This document shows, in pieces, positions 38,010 through 47,540 of a stretch of 64,000 nt of DNA (position 1 is the first letter of the stretch; each line of letters opens with the position of its first letter). The translations under genes and the position numbers were made by a program. Location: NCBI GenBank assembly GCA_963667845.2, contig CAXXVL010000002.1:448001-512000 (forward strand), written 5' to 3'. The notes beneath the pieces are model-generated. The model was given only the letters and a program-made list of their open reading frames with translations. It was not told the origin of the DNA and made no database searches. Source of the stretch: Smithellaceae bacterium. Its GTDB lineage: Bacteria; Desulfobacterota; Syntrophia; Syntrophales; Smithellaceae.

Positions 38010-39356
38010 TTACAGTGTGAAATACTCGTTAATCGATTCAAAAGCCGCCCGAACCATTTTCTCAATGTCCTCCTCCTCCACAATGTAAGGCGGCATGAAA
38101 TAAATGACGTTACCCAGGGGACGAAGGAGAACACCCTTCGCGAGCGCGATCCGGTAGATGCCGTAGCCTACGCGCTCCCGCCAGTCAAAGGCCTGCTTCG
38201 TCTCCCGATCGGCCACGAGTTCCAGCGCACCGATCATGCCGAGTTGCCGGTATTCGCCGATGCGGGGATGACCATCGAAAAGATGCATCACCTTTTCGAA
38301 AATTATTCGTGATTTGATTTCGTTTCGCGCCAGCACCTGGTCGTCCTGGAAAATGGCAAGCGATTCGCGGGCGACGGCGCAGGCCAGTGCGTTGCCCGTA
38401 TAACTGTGAGAGTGGAGAAATGCCTTGAGTTCGGCGTAATCCGCATAAAAAGCCGAATAGATTTCATCCGTCGTCACGACCAGTGACAGCGGCATATAGC
38501 CGGCCGTGATGCCTTTCGACAGACACAAAATATCGGGACTCAGGGCGGCGTGTTCACAGGCGAACATTTTGCCGGTCCGGCCGAAACCCACGGCGATCTC
38601 ATCGGCAATGAAGTGAATATCGTGCTTCGTGCAAAGCTGCCGCAGTTTCTTCAGATACACGGGCGGATAAATTTTCATGCCCGCCGCGCATTGCACCAGC
38701 GGTTCGACGATGATGCCGCAGATTTCATCGGCATGCTCCGCGACGAGCCGCTCCAGGGCTTCAAAGCATTGCGCATCGCAAATTTCCCGCTTTTGCTCGT
38801 GGGGACAGCGGAAGCAGTCCGGACCTGTCGCCCGGAACGTATTCATCATCAGCGGCTTGTAAATCTTGCTGTAGAGATCGAGATCGCCTACGGACAGCGC
38901 ACCAAGTGTTTCACCGTGATAGGCGTCGGTAAGGGCAGCAAACTTTGTCTTGCCCGGATGACCGGTCTGCTGGTGATAGTGGAAACTCATTTTCAGGGCT
39001 GCTTCCACCGCTGATGATCCGTTGTCGGCGAAGAAGACTTTACTCAGTCCCGCGGGCGTCAGCCGGACGATTTCCTCTGCCAGATCGATGGCCGGCTCAT
39101 GAGAAAAGTTGGCAAAGATCACGTGTTCGAGCTTTTGCGCCTGCCCGGCAAGCGCCCGGTTGAGCCGGTCATTGGCGTGGCCGAAAAGATTCACCCACCA
39201 GGACGACACGGCGTCCAGATAACCCTTCCCGTCCACATCATATAAATAAGCGCCCTTTCCCCGTTCAATCACGATCGGCGGAAAGTCTTCATAGTCCTTC
39301 ATCTGCGAACAGGGGTGCCAGATATATTGCAGATCTCTTTCTTGATAACGATTCAC
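38010..39356 (-). CDS. bioA: Adenosylmethionine-8-amino-7-oxononanoate transaminase
   Basis: [39 protein letters not shown]. Confidence 0.96.
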   Translation of the reverse strand: MNRYQERDLQYIWHPCSQMKDYEDFPPIVIERGKGAYLYDVDGKGYLDAVSSWWVNLFGHANDRLNRALAGQAQKLEHVIFANFSHEPAIDLAEEIVRLTPAGLSKVFFADNGSSAVEAALKMSFHYHQQTGHPGKTKFAALTDAYHGETLGALSVGDLDLYSKIYKPLMMNTFRATGPDCFRCPHEQKREICDAQCFEALERLVAEHADEICGIIVEPLVQCAAGMKIYPPVYLKKLRQLCTKHDIHFIADEIAVGFGRTGKMFACEHAALSPDILCLSKGITAGYMPLSLVVTTDEIYSAFYADYAELKAFLHSHSYTGNALACAVARESLAIFQDDQVLARNEIKSRIIFEKVMHLFDGHPRIGEYRQLGMIGALELVADRETKQAFDWRERVGYGIYRIALAKGVLLRPLGNVIYFMPPYIVEEEDIEKMVRAAFESINEYFTL

Positions 39357-40522
39357 TCTTGACTCCTAATGATTCCCAACTCCCGCCCGACGTCTTCCAG
39401 GCAGGTAAGCGCCCTCGATAAATCATCCCTGGTATGAGTCGCCATCAGGTTGATGCGCAAGCGGCTGGTACCTTGCGGCACAGTCGGCGGGCGGATGGCG
39501 GAAACGAAAATTCGCCTTTCCATCAACCGTTCACTGAACGCGACCGCCGCGTCAGGCGGCCCCAAGACAATCGAAATGACCGGGGTCGGATGATTCGGAA
39601 CATCAAAGCCTGCCGCGCGAAGTCTTTCTCTGAACCAGGCAGCGTTGACCAATAACGTCCGGCGCAACTGGGGTTCCGTCCTTACAATATCCAGTGCGGC
39701 GAGTGATACGGCGATGGTTGCCGGTGAAAGCGCCGTCGAAAAAATAAAACTGCGGGCGGTATTGGCGAGGTAATCGATCAGAGCGCGGCTGCCGGCTATA
39801 AACCCTCCCTCGGATGCCAGAGCTTTGCTGAATGTTCCCATTGCGATATCGATGCCGTCTGTAAGATTAAAGTAGTCCGCCGTCCCGCCGCCCTTTTCTC
39901 CCAGAACGCCTGTGGCATGCGCATCATCGACCATCAGCAGTAACTGATATTTCCGGGCAATTTCCGCAAGCGCAGGCAGAGGCGCGATATCCCCGTCGAC
40001 GCTGAACAGCCCATCCGTTACAATCAGGCCCTTCCGGCCCCGATGACGTTTGATTTGCCTTTCGAGATCCGATGCATCGCCGTGCGCATAAACGACGGTT
40101 TGGGCCCCCGAAAGGCGGCAGCCGTCAATAATGCTCGCATGATTGAGCCGGTCGGAAAAAATCACGTAGCTTTTGTCGGCGATAGCCGAGAGGACGCCGA
40201 CATTGGCCATGTAGCCGGTATTAAAAACCAGCGCCGCCTCGGTTCCCTTGAAAGCGGCGATTTCTTCTTCCAGTCTTTTATGGATTTCGTAACTGCCTGT
40301 GGTCAGACGCGACCCGCCGGAGCCGGTGCCGTATTTTTCAATCGCGTCTACGGCCGCCCGCTTAAGGCGCGGATCAGCACACAAACCGAGATAGCTGTTG
40401 GATGATAAAAGCAGCAAGTCCTCACCCGTTATGCGCACACACTTGCTCTGCGGAGATTGCAGATATCTCATTTCCCGGTAAAGACCGTCGGCCTTGATTT
40501 GCTGATTTTTTTTGTCGAACAT
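39353..40522 (-). CDS. bioF: 8-amino-7-oxononanoate synthase
   Basis: [36 protein letters not shown]. Confidence 0.95.
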   Translation of the reverse strand: MFDKKNQQIKADGLYREMRYLQSPQSKCVRITGEDLLLLSSNSYLGLCADPRLKRAAVDAIEKYGTGSGGSRLTTGSYEIHKRLEEEIAAFKGTEAALVFNTGYMANVGVLSAIADKSYVIFSDRLNHASIIDGCRLSGAQTVVYAHGDASDLERQIKRHRGRKGLIVTDGLFSVDGDIAPLPALAEIARKYQLLLMVDDAHATGVLGEKGGGTADYFNLTDGIDIAMGTFSKALASEGGFIAGSRALIDYLANTARSFIFSTALSPATIAVSLAALDIVRTEPQLRRTLLVNAAWFRERLRAAGFDVPNHPTPVISIVLGPPDAAVAFSERLMERRIFVSAIRPPTVPQGTSRLRINLMATHTRDDLSRALTCLEDVGRELGIIRSQE

Positions 40523-40536
40523 TTTCCCCGGGTCCT

Positions 40537-41259
40537 TTACACGGTCTCCATGAGAGCTAGAATATCGTCAACGGCGATGCTCTGGTCAAACACATCCCGG
40601 AGATTCCCTGTCTGCAGCGCTTCGGAATCCATCCCCGCAATGGCCGGCAGCGTAAAAATCGCCTCCAGGCCGGAGAGCTTCCGAATCATCCGGATATTAT
40701 CCTGCTCGATCAGGGTTTCACCCGCGCGGTTGATGATAATTCCTTTTACGGTAAGCCCGACGCTTTTCGCCACAAAGAGCGTAAGCAGGGTGTGATTGAT
40801 CGTTCCGAGTCCGGCGCGGCAAACGAGCAGGCAGGGGAAATTCAGCTCGCGGATCAGATCATACTGCATGAAGCCTTCATCGTTCAGGGGAATGGCGAGT
40901 CCCCCTGCTCCTTCCGCGACAATCACATCATACCGGTTCCTCAGATCGTTTAAACTTTTCTGAACCATGTCCGGATCAATACGGCGCGAGGTGAGGCGCG
41001 AAGCGAGATGCGGTGCGACGGCATCGGCAAAAGCAAAAGGCGTCACCCGTTCGGATCTTTCGGTAAATCCGGAAGCAGCATGGACAAAAGCCGCGTCGGC
41101 GGACAGCGCAACGTCCCCGACCTTCACCTCTCCGCTCGCCACAGGCTTAAAATACGCAGCCTGCACCTTTTTTTTCATCAGCAAATACATCAGCCCGGCG
41201 GAAACCACCGTTTTTCCGACATCCGTGTCCGTGCCGATGATAAAGATTCCTCTCACCAC
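40537..41259 (-). CDS. bioD: Dethiobiotin synthase
   Basis: GTDTDVGKT, EGAGG, GLGTINHTLL; probable GTG start. Confidence 0.94.
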   Translation of the reverse strand: MVRGIFIIGTDTDVGKTVVSAGLMYLLMKKKVQAAYFKPVASGEVKVGDVALSADAAFVHAASGFTERSERVTPFAFADAVAPHLASRLTSRRIDPDMVQKSLNDLRNRYDVIVAEGAGGLAIPLNDEGFMQYDLIRELNFPCLLVCRAGLGTINHTLLTLFVAKSVGLTVKGIIINRAGETLIEQDNIRMIRKLSGLEAIFTLPAIAGMDSEALQTGNLRDVFDQSIAVDDILALMETV

Positions 41260-41411
41260 ACATCCATCCCGTTCAATTGATTTACGATGCCATATCAAAA
41301 GATGCACCCTGCGCAAAGGGTTATTTTTTTAAGGGTGAATCAGGGGATCGCATCTGATCGGTGAGGAACGAATATTAAGTCCGGCAAAAAAGATCATCCT
41401 GATGGAGTGCG

Positions 41412-41516
41412 GTTTAATCCCGCTCACGCGGGACGAGCGTTAATTCCCTGTCGCGTGCTGCAAAATAGTGACGTTCATTTCACCCCTCGACAGCGTGCTG
41501 CGAGGGGGTTGATTTC
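41412..41516 (+). repeat. Dispersed palindromic repeat, copy 1 (plus partial third unit)
   Basis: 34-nt exact match to 42871-42904, similarity continuing to ...TGCTGC; 41494-41514 resembles 42912-42933. Confidence 0.85.
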
Positions 41517-41603
41517 AGGATCAAAACCGCAATCTTTCTTTCCCATTGACACACCCCGGTTTTTTTTCTATGAACCGCCATGACTGAAAGGCAGGCATTA
41601 ACC

Positions 41604-42662
41604 ATGGATTTGATCAATAATCTGAAGCAGAAAGCCATCAAGGGGAAAGGCATCAGCGCCGCGGAAGCGCTGGAACTCTTCATCGAAGGGTCGGGGAATT
41701 CGCAGCGGGTTTTCGCGGCCGCATCCGAAATCCGTGAGCATTTCAAAGGAAAAGAAATTATCCTGTGCGGCATCACGAATGCCAAGTCCGGCAAGTGCTC
41801 CGAAGATTGCAAGTTCTGCGCGCAGTCCTCCCATTATGCGACCGACGTTGTTTCCTATCCGCTGAAACCGGCAAAACAAATTCTTACCGAGGCGGGCCGG
41901 GCAAAAAAGGACGGAGCGGAATTTTTCGGCATCGTCACGAGCGGCAAACGCGTAAAAGCGCAAAAGGAGTGGGCGGACATTTTTAAGGCCGTCGCCGGTA
42001 TGAACAAAATCGGCATTCACCCGTGCGCCTCTCTGGGCATTATTGATGAAGCCAAGGCGCGCGAGCTTGCAGCCGCGGGACTGTTCCGCTATCATCATAA
42101 CCTGGAGACGGCCCGCAGCTATTTTAAAAACATCTGCACGACACATGACTACGAAGAAAATGTGGAAACGATCCGCGCGGCAAAGAAAGCCGGGTTATCG
42201 GTTTGCGCGGGCGCTCTCATCGGACTGGGTGAAGGCGTTACGCATCGCATTGAACTGGCCGAAACATTGCGCAAGCTGGATGTGGATTCCGTTCCGATCA
42301 ACATTCTGGACCCGATCAAGGGCACGCCTCTGGATCATATTCAGCCGCTCGCTCCCATGGAAATCCTCATGACCATCGCCGTCTTCCGTTTCATGCTGCC
42401 CTCCAAGGATATTAAACTCTGCGGCGGCAAGGAAAAGAATTTGCGCCAGCTCCTGCCTCTGGGAATCATTGCCGGAGCCAATTCGCTGATGACGGGAAAC
42501 TATCTGACGACGACGGGAAGAGACAGCAAACTGGATCACGAAATGATTGCCGACCTGGGGCTGATCCCGACCCGGGAGCTCGATATATGTCGCTGCGGCA
42601 TAGAAGGACAAAATGCCTGTATGGCCGACACAACCGCAAAGAGGAAACCGACACGGAAATAG
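41604..42662 (+). CDS. bioB: Biotin synthase (radical SAM)
   Basis: CSEDCKFCAQS, YHHNLET, VPIN, GNYLTT. Start could be 41580; TTGACA-17-TATGAA at 41546-41574. Confidence 0.96.
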   Translation: MDLINNLKQKAIKGKGISAAEALELFIEGSGNSQRVFAAASEIREHFKGKEIILCGITNAKSGKCSEDCKFCAQSSHYATDVVSYPLKPAKQILTEAGRAKKDGAEFFGIVTSGKRVKAQKEWADIFKAVAGMNKIGIHPCASLGIIDEAKARELAAAGLFRYHHNLETARSYFKNICTTHDYEENVETIRAAKKAGLSVCAGALIGLGEGVTHRIELAETLRKLDVDSVPINILDPIKGTPLDHIQPLAPMEILMTIAVFRFMLPSKDIKLCGGKEKNLRQLLPLGIIAGANSLMTGNYLTTTGRDSKLDHEMIADLGLIPTRELDICRCGIEGQNACMADTTAKRKPTRK

Positions 42663-42804
42663 TAGCTCAGCCGGCTGATGCGTATTTTATTGCTTTAGAG
42701 AAAAGAATCTTTCGGGGCTTCACCTTCACCTGCAAGGTTTTAGCAGCGGCAAATTGCCAGAAGTGATTTTTACTGGCTGAAATATTTATATTTAAGAAAT
42801 AAAA

Positions 42805-42837
42805 AAAGTGGCTGAATATTGATAACCAGCCACTTTA
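42805..42837. terminator. Probable terminator between convergent genes
   Basis: AAAGTGGCTG...CAGCCACTTT with flanking A/T tracts. Confidence 0.65.
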
Positions 42838-42870
42838 TAAATATCGATTACACGTTATCAAATCCAAGCA

Positions 42871-42933
42871 GTTTAATCCCGCTCACGCGGGACGAGCGTT
42901 AATTTCCTGTAGCTTGCTGCGAGGTGGTTGATT
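42871..42933 (+). repeat. Dispersed palindromic repeat, copy 2
   Basis: GTTTAATCCCGCTCACGCGGGACGAGCGTTAATT identical to 41412-41445. Confidence 0.85.
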
Positions 42934-42983
42934 ACTTTTCCAACATTTCCCGTAAACGGCCTGCCATTACAACAAGAAGCGAT

Positions 42984-43745
42984 TCATTTACCATCAACTT
43001 TACCGATCTTTACTTTGACAGTCTGTTCCCTGCCCTGCCGGAAGATAACAACATCGACTGTCTTCCCGATTGGAGTTTTGGCTACCATCAGGGGCAGTGC
43101 GCCCGCTTCATTGATATTTTCCCCGTCAAAGGCAAGTATGATATCGCCGGATTTAATGCCGGCCTGTTCCGCGGGTGAATTCTTCTGTGCTATTATAACA
43201 AATGCCCCCCTGACTTTATCCAAGCCGGAGGCTTCCGCCAAATCTTGCGACATTGTCTGAAATCTGACTCCGAAGTATCCGCCGGTAGCGCTGGCAGGAA
43301 CAGGAGCATTTCCGGAATTTACCACAGGAGTCTGAAACCCTTCACAATTTATAGTTTTAAACGGGTGATCAATGACGGTGTAATATCCGGTGGAAACATA
43401 ATCAACAAGTATCCCGTCTTTATTAAAACGTAGTCTCACTTCATAAGGGTACTCTTTATTTTCTGATTCTGATTCCGAATCGAAAAGTCCTCCGTAATGA
43501 CGGTAAGTCGTGCTGGTTTTCGTTTTCTTATATTTATAGACCCAGATTTCTCCATTGTCTACGGTCATTCTGACTGTCGGCGTAGAAGCTATCATTATTA
43601 GTTTGTCTTTTGTTAATTTCCCGATACAGGAATCTAACCCACTTTTTATATTAGATAATATAACCTTGTCATTATTTACTGCACATCCTGAAATCAACAA
43701 ACCACATAACAAAACCATTGTGACAGATAAAGTTCTTTTTCCCAT
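42984..43745 (-). CDS. Lipoprotein with C-terminal PDZ domain
   Basis: Lipobox LISGC; SPAEQAGIKSGDIIL DegP-type PDZ; AT-rich N-terminal half. Confidence 0.82.
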   Translation of the reverse strand: MGKRTLSVTMVLLCGLLISGCAVNNDKVILSNIKSGLDSCIGKLTKDKLIMIASTPTVRMTVDNGEIWVYKYKKTKTSTTYRHYGGLFDSESESENKEYPYEVRLRFNKDGILVDYVSTGYYTVIDHPFKTINCEGFQTPVVNSGNAPVPASATGGYFGVRFQTMSQDLAEASGLDKVRGAFVIIAQKNSPAEQAGIKSGDIILAFDGENINEAGALPLMVAKTPIGKTVDVVIFRQGREQTVKVKIGKVDGK

Positions 43746-44006
43746 ACTGCTGAACCCCCTATGGCTATTCATGTCATCGTCATTTCATCTACCGTTATTG
43801 GCTATCATTGATTGAATTGACAAGGAAGCTTTTTCTTCCCTGAATAATATTTGAAAAGTGTTCTTTGTATATCAATCTTATAAAAGCAATCATCACCGGT
43901 TGAAAGGTTGTATAAATTGGGGATAAATGGAAAAACGCCATTGAAGGAAGAAAGAGATATTTCACAAGTACGAGAAAAAGAATAAACCGAAATAACTACT
44001 GAGCAC

Positions 44007-45326
44007 TTACTCATCTGCTTCCGTATCGGCGATGGTTACCCCGGCAGGTGTGTCGGGCATAGCTTCCACCGCCTTTAGTTTGCCGGCGAGCGTCCGCGTC
44101 TTCTTCTGCGCGTCGTCCACAGAGGTGGCGGCCTGATCGAGCCTCTTGCGCACGGCGTCGAGCGAATCGCCGAAGCGGCTAAAAGCCATTTTCACTTCTC
44201 CCAGCACCTTCCAGACTTCGCCCGAACGCTTCTGGATCGCCAGCGTCCGGAAACCCATCTGCAGGCTGTTGAGAAATGCGGCAAACGTCGAGGGACCGGA
44301 GATCACAATACGGCATTCACGCTGCAGGTAGGAAACAAGCGCCGTACGGCGGATCACTTCCGCATAGAGCCCCTCCGATGGTAAAAACATGATGCCGAAA
44401 TCTGTTGTTTTGGGAGGCGCCAGATATTTTAGCGAGATGTCTTTGGCCGCCTTTTTAATGCTTGCTTCCAACTGCCGGATGGCATCTTCCGCCGCGGGCA
44501 CGTCCCCCCGTTCCTGCGCCTCGATCAGCCGGGAGTAATCTTCGACCGGGAATTTGGCATCCACCGGAACCAGGACGCAGTCGGATGGATCATCGCTCTG
44601 GCCGGGTAGCTTGATGGCAAACTCGACAATCTCCCCGCTGTGCTCATGGATCCTGACGTTCTTCAAGTATTGCTCCGGAGACAATATCTCCTCGAGGAGC
44701 GCGCCCAGCTGGACTTCCCCCCAGGTTCCGCGCGACTTGACATTGGTCAGCACTTTTTTCAGATCTCCGACGCCCGTCGCCAGCGTGCGCATGTCCCCCA
44801 GGCCCTGGTGGACCTGCTCGAGCCTCTCCGATACCTGCTTGAAGGATTCTCCCAGGCGTTTCTCCAGGGTGCTCTGCAATTTCTCGTCAACGGTTTCCCG
44901 CATGCGATCAAGCTGCTTTGCATTGTCTTCCTGGATTTGCTTGAGCTTCGCGTCAATGACCACGCGGATGTCGTCCATCTTCTTTTCATTGGTTGTCGTG
45001 AGGAGGGAGAGCTGCCTGGAAAAACTCTCCATCTGGTCGTTTTGCATTCTGGCGACGTCGGCCAGGCGGGTTTGGACGGAATCGCCGAAGGATTTGAGTG
45101 CTCCCGCAAGCTCCGTTCTCTCCTGCTGAGACTGGGACTGCGTCTCGACGCGCGACCGGGCAATTTCGTCACGGACGGAGCGATCGGTTCGCTCCTGCGC
45201 GTCACCGAGCGCATCCAGTTTGGCGGCAAGCGGCGTCAGATCAACAGCGCCCCGCCTGAGCTGCATAAACTGCAGAACAACGACGATCAGCAAAAAAACC
45301 AAAATGATGTATAAGAATATTTCCAT
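44007..45326 (-). CDS. rmuC: DNA recombination protein RmuC
   Basis: KSRGTWGEVQL, VDAKFP, TTDFGIMFLPSEGLYAE. Confidence 0.95.
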   Translation of the reverse strand: MEIFLYIILVFLLIVVVLQFMQLRRGAVDLTPLAAKLDALGDAQERTDRSVRDEIARSRVETQSQSQQERTELAGALKSFGDSVQTRLADVARMQNDQMESFSRQLSLLTTTNEKKMDDIRVVIDAKLKQIQEDNAKQLDRMRETVDEKLQSTLEKRLGESFKQVSERLEQVHQGLGDMRTLATGVGDLKKVLTNVKSRGTWGEVQLGALLEEILSPEQYLKNVRIHEHSGEIVEFAIKLPGQSDDPSDCVLVPVDAKFPVEDYSRLIEAQERGDVPAAEDAIRQLEASIKKAAKDISLKYLAPPKTTDFGIMFLPSEGLYAEVIRRTALVSYLQRECRIVISGPSTFAAFLNSLQMGFRTLAIQKRSGEVWKVLGEVKMAFSRFGDSLDAVRKRLDQAATSVDDAQKKTRTLAGKLKAVEAMPDTPAGVTIADTEADE

Positions 45327-45411
45327 AAAATCCTTGAAGAGGCAGCGAACGATTTTGTCATTCCCCGCCTCTTCCTTTATACTTTCGCCGCCCTAACAAG
45401 GCGCGCCTCGG

Positions 45412-46050
45412 TCAAAACACTTTTTGAAAGTCGCGATCCCTCATGATGGTCGTAAAAGCCAGATCGATGAGCCGGTAGCCGCGCTTTTCCAGTTCGGCCG
45501 TATTTTCCGTTGCCGCCGCAGGCATGGTAACGGTATAGTCTTTGTCCAATTTCGTTTCACCCTCTTTGAAAACGATGACTTTAAACTTGAGTTCCTGGTC
45601 GGTCATCGACAGCAGAGCAAATTGAAATTCGGGAACACCCTTGGGGGCCTTGTAGCCACCGGGACCGGGAGCACCCCACCAGTAGCCGTGACGATAACCG
45701 GGATGGTGACGCGAATCATTGTCATACGTGTAATCTACCAGGTTTACGCCGATATGTTTAAACGCCTTCGTGAATCCGTTCAGATACAAATTTTCCAGGC
45801 TCACGTTGCCTTCGTAGTTCAACTTCTTATCCGGGCTGAAATAATTGCTGGTCTTGGTATTCTGGGCCTGATTGTAGAAGCTCGATAAGACCAGCTTCTT
45901 GCCTTTGTAACGGTTAAAATCGCCGGCTCTGAATGACGGGGAATAACTTTCCTGTTTTATCGCTATTTTTGTGCCGCCTGCGCAACCGGTTAGAAAAAGA
46001 CCGATGATGCAGAAGGCAATCAGGCTGCTCCACTTAATGCTTTTGTTCAT
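45412..46050 (-). CDS. Hypothetical lipoprotein
   Basis: Lipobox FLTGC; RBS AAGGAGG. Confidence 0.8.
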   Translation of the reverse strand: MNKSIKWSSLIAFCIIGLFLTGCAGGTKIAIKQESYSPSFRAGDFNRYKGKKLVLSSFYNQAQNTKTSNYFSPDKKLNYEGNVSLENLYLNGFTKAFKHIGVNLVDYTYDNDSRHHPGYRHGYWWGAPGPGGYKAPKGVPEFQFALLSMTDQELKFKVIVFKEGETKLDKDYTVTMPAAATENTAELEKRGYRLIDLAFTTIMRDRDFQKVF

Positions 46051-46255
46051 AACGTGATACCTCCTTTATATTGATTATATTTGTACCAAAAGATGTCGTT
46101 GAAGAATTAAACAGAATATAGCGGTCAAACGTTTAACGGTCAAGCAAAATAAGGCCAGGAAAGAACCGATAACAAAGCAGGTTTCCGGCAAGATACGAAC
46201 ATCGACAGGCTGACGCCGTAGGATTTTTTTCTTTTGAAAGAAAAGAGCGCATGAT

Positions 46256-46993
46256 ATGATTAATCAAATTATTGGGAACCCTATGCAAAGTGAAATCATC
46301 AATATCCTGCCCGATCAGGAAAATTATGAGATTGGATTTGCGGATCTGGGGGATCTGATCAAAGACCGCTATCCGTACCGCTATGCCGTCGTCATCGGCA
46401 AGAAGCTCGCCGGCGAAGTCATCGACGGCATCAAGGAAGGCCCGACGCCGGTTTATTACGATCTTTACCAGTCCACGAACGACGAACTTAATCTGATTAC
46501 GGCGAAAATATACCGGTTCCTCACTCAAAACGGCATCCCCTGTCTGCAGATTAAATCCACCGTTCAGGAAGACGAGATTCCCGCAGAATTTGCCCAAACC
46601 CTCCGTATGAAGTTTTCGCATAAAATGGCCGCCACCCGCGCGGGCCTGGGCTGGATCGGGAAGACTGATTTGCTGATCTCGCGGCGCTTCGGACCGCGTG
46701 TGCGCCTGGCGACAGTCCTGACGAACTATCCGTTCGAAAACCCGGGCACACCGATCAGGAAAAGCCGCTGCGGCAAGTGCGACCTTTGTGTTGCTGCCTG
46801 CCCCGGTCAGGCAGCCAATGGCCGGCTCTGGAATGATGCGCTTGATCGTGATGAATTTTATGATGCTTTCCGATGCCGCGATATCTGCAGAAAGTTGTCC
46901 ATTGAGAGGCTCGATAAGAAAGTCCACATCTGCGGCATCTGCATTTCCGTCTGTCCATTCGGCAAAACGACCGACTCCTCCCGAACAGACTAA
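46256..46993 (+). CDS. Epoxyqueuosine reductase (QueG)-like Fe-S protein, short form
   Basis: SHKMAATRAGLGWIGK, GPRVRLATVLT, CGKCDLCVAACP, CGICISVCP. Confidence 0.85.
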   Translation: MINQIIGNPMQSEIINILPDQENYEIGFADLGDLIKDRYPYRYAVVIGKKLAGEVIDGIKEGPTPVYYDLYQSTNDELNLITAKIYRFLTQNGIPCLQIKSTVQEDEIPAEFAQTLRMKFSHKMAATRAGLGWIGKTDLLISRRFGPRVRLATVLTNYPFENPGTPIRKSRCGKCDLCVAACPGQAANGRLWNDALDRDEFYDAFRCRDICRKLSIERLDKKVHICGICISVCPFGKTTDSSRTD

Positions 46994-47195
46994 AACAGCA
47001 GGATACAATTCACTGCGGTGAAATAATCAAGGCCGCCGCGCCCTTCAAACGACAGGCGTAAAGTCTCCCCGGGTCGGCCTCCGATCATGGTGTGGCAATC
47101 GACGGCAGCCGGCCGGTCCTCTGGAGTCCATGTTTAACAAGAACCGATCCGGCCCCGAAGTTGTTCAGATCACCTGGAGGCCGCCAAAAAAATAT

Positions 47196-47224
47196 TTGAC
47201 AGGATCATGCCGTCTTGTTATAAG
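47196..47224 (+). promoter_or_regulatory. Sigma70-type promoter of the trp operon
   Basis: TTGACA-17 nt-TATAAG with upstream A-tract. Confidence 0.75.
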
Positions 47225-47256
47225 GAACGCAAAATTTGCGTCGGATAAGTGGATAA

Positions 47257-47334
47257 ATGAACAGAATCTCCGTAAAATTAAATCTTAATAACTGGTGGTG
47301 GTGGAACCTCACAGGGAGGACTTTCCGCCGCTGA
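47257..47334 (+). CDS. trpL: trp leader peptide (25 aa, four consecutive Trp)
   Basis: MNRISVKLNLNNWWWWNLTGRTFRR*, upstream of trpE. Not in the ORF track. Confidence 0.92.
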   Translation: MNRISVKLNLNNWWWWNLTGRTFRR

Positions 47335-47353
47335 TCTATTTAAAATAGAAGTT

Positions 47354-47391
47354 AAGCCGTGGAGACCCTCTCAGGACTCCACGGCTTTTTT
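47354..47391 (+). terminator. trp attenuator terminator 1
   Basis: AAGCCGTGGAG...CTCCACGGCTT followed by a T-run. Confidence 0.88.
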
Positions 47392-47405
47392 GTTTGTATC
47401 AACCC

Positions 47406-47442
47406 AAAAGGCCGTGACGAAACTCACGGCCTTTTGCTTTTT
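47406..47442 (+). terminator. trp attenuator terminator 2
   Basis: AAAAGGCCGTGA-CGAAAC-TCACGGCCTTTTGCTTTTT. Confidence 0.85.
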
Positions 47443-47540
47443 AATGACGCTCGCTAAAAACGAGCTATGCGAAGTTTGAAGCGCCGGCGGAATTATCCCG
47501 CCACGGGCGGTGACGTGAACACCACATTAGGAGAAGAAAT

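Noticed and set aside
46256..46993. Reductive dehalogenase
   Set aside because: Too short, with no Tat signal or rdhB partner; fits the generic QueG-like Fe-S family.
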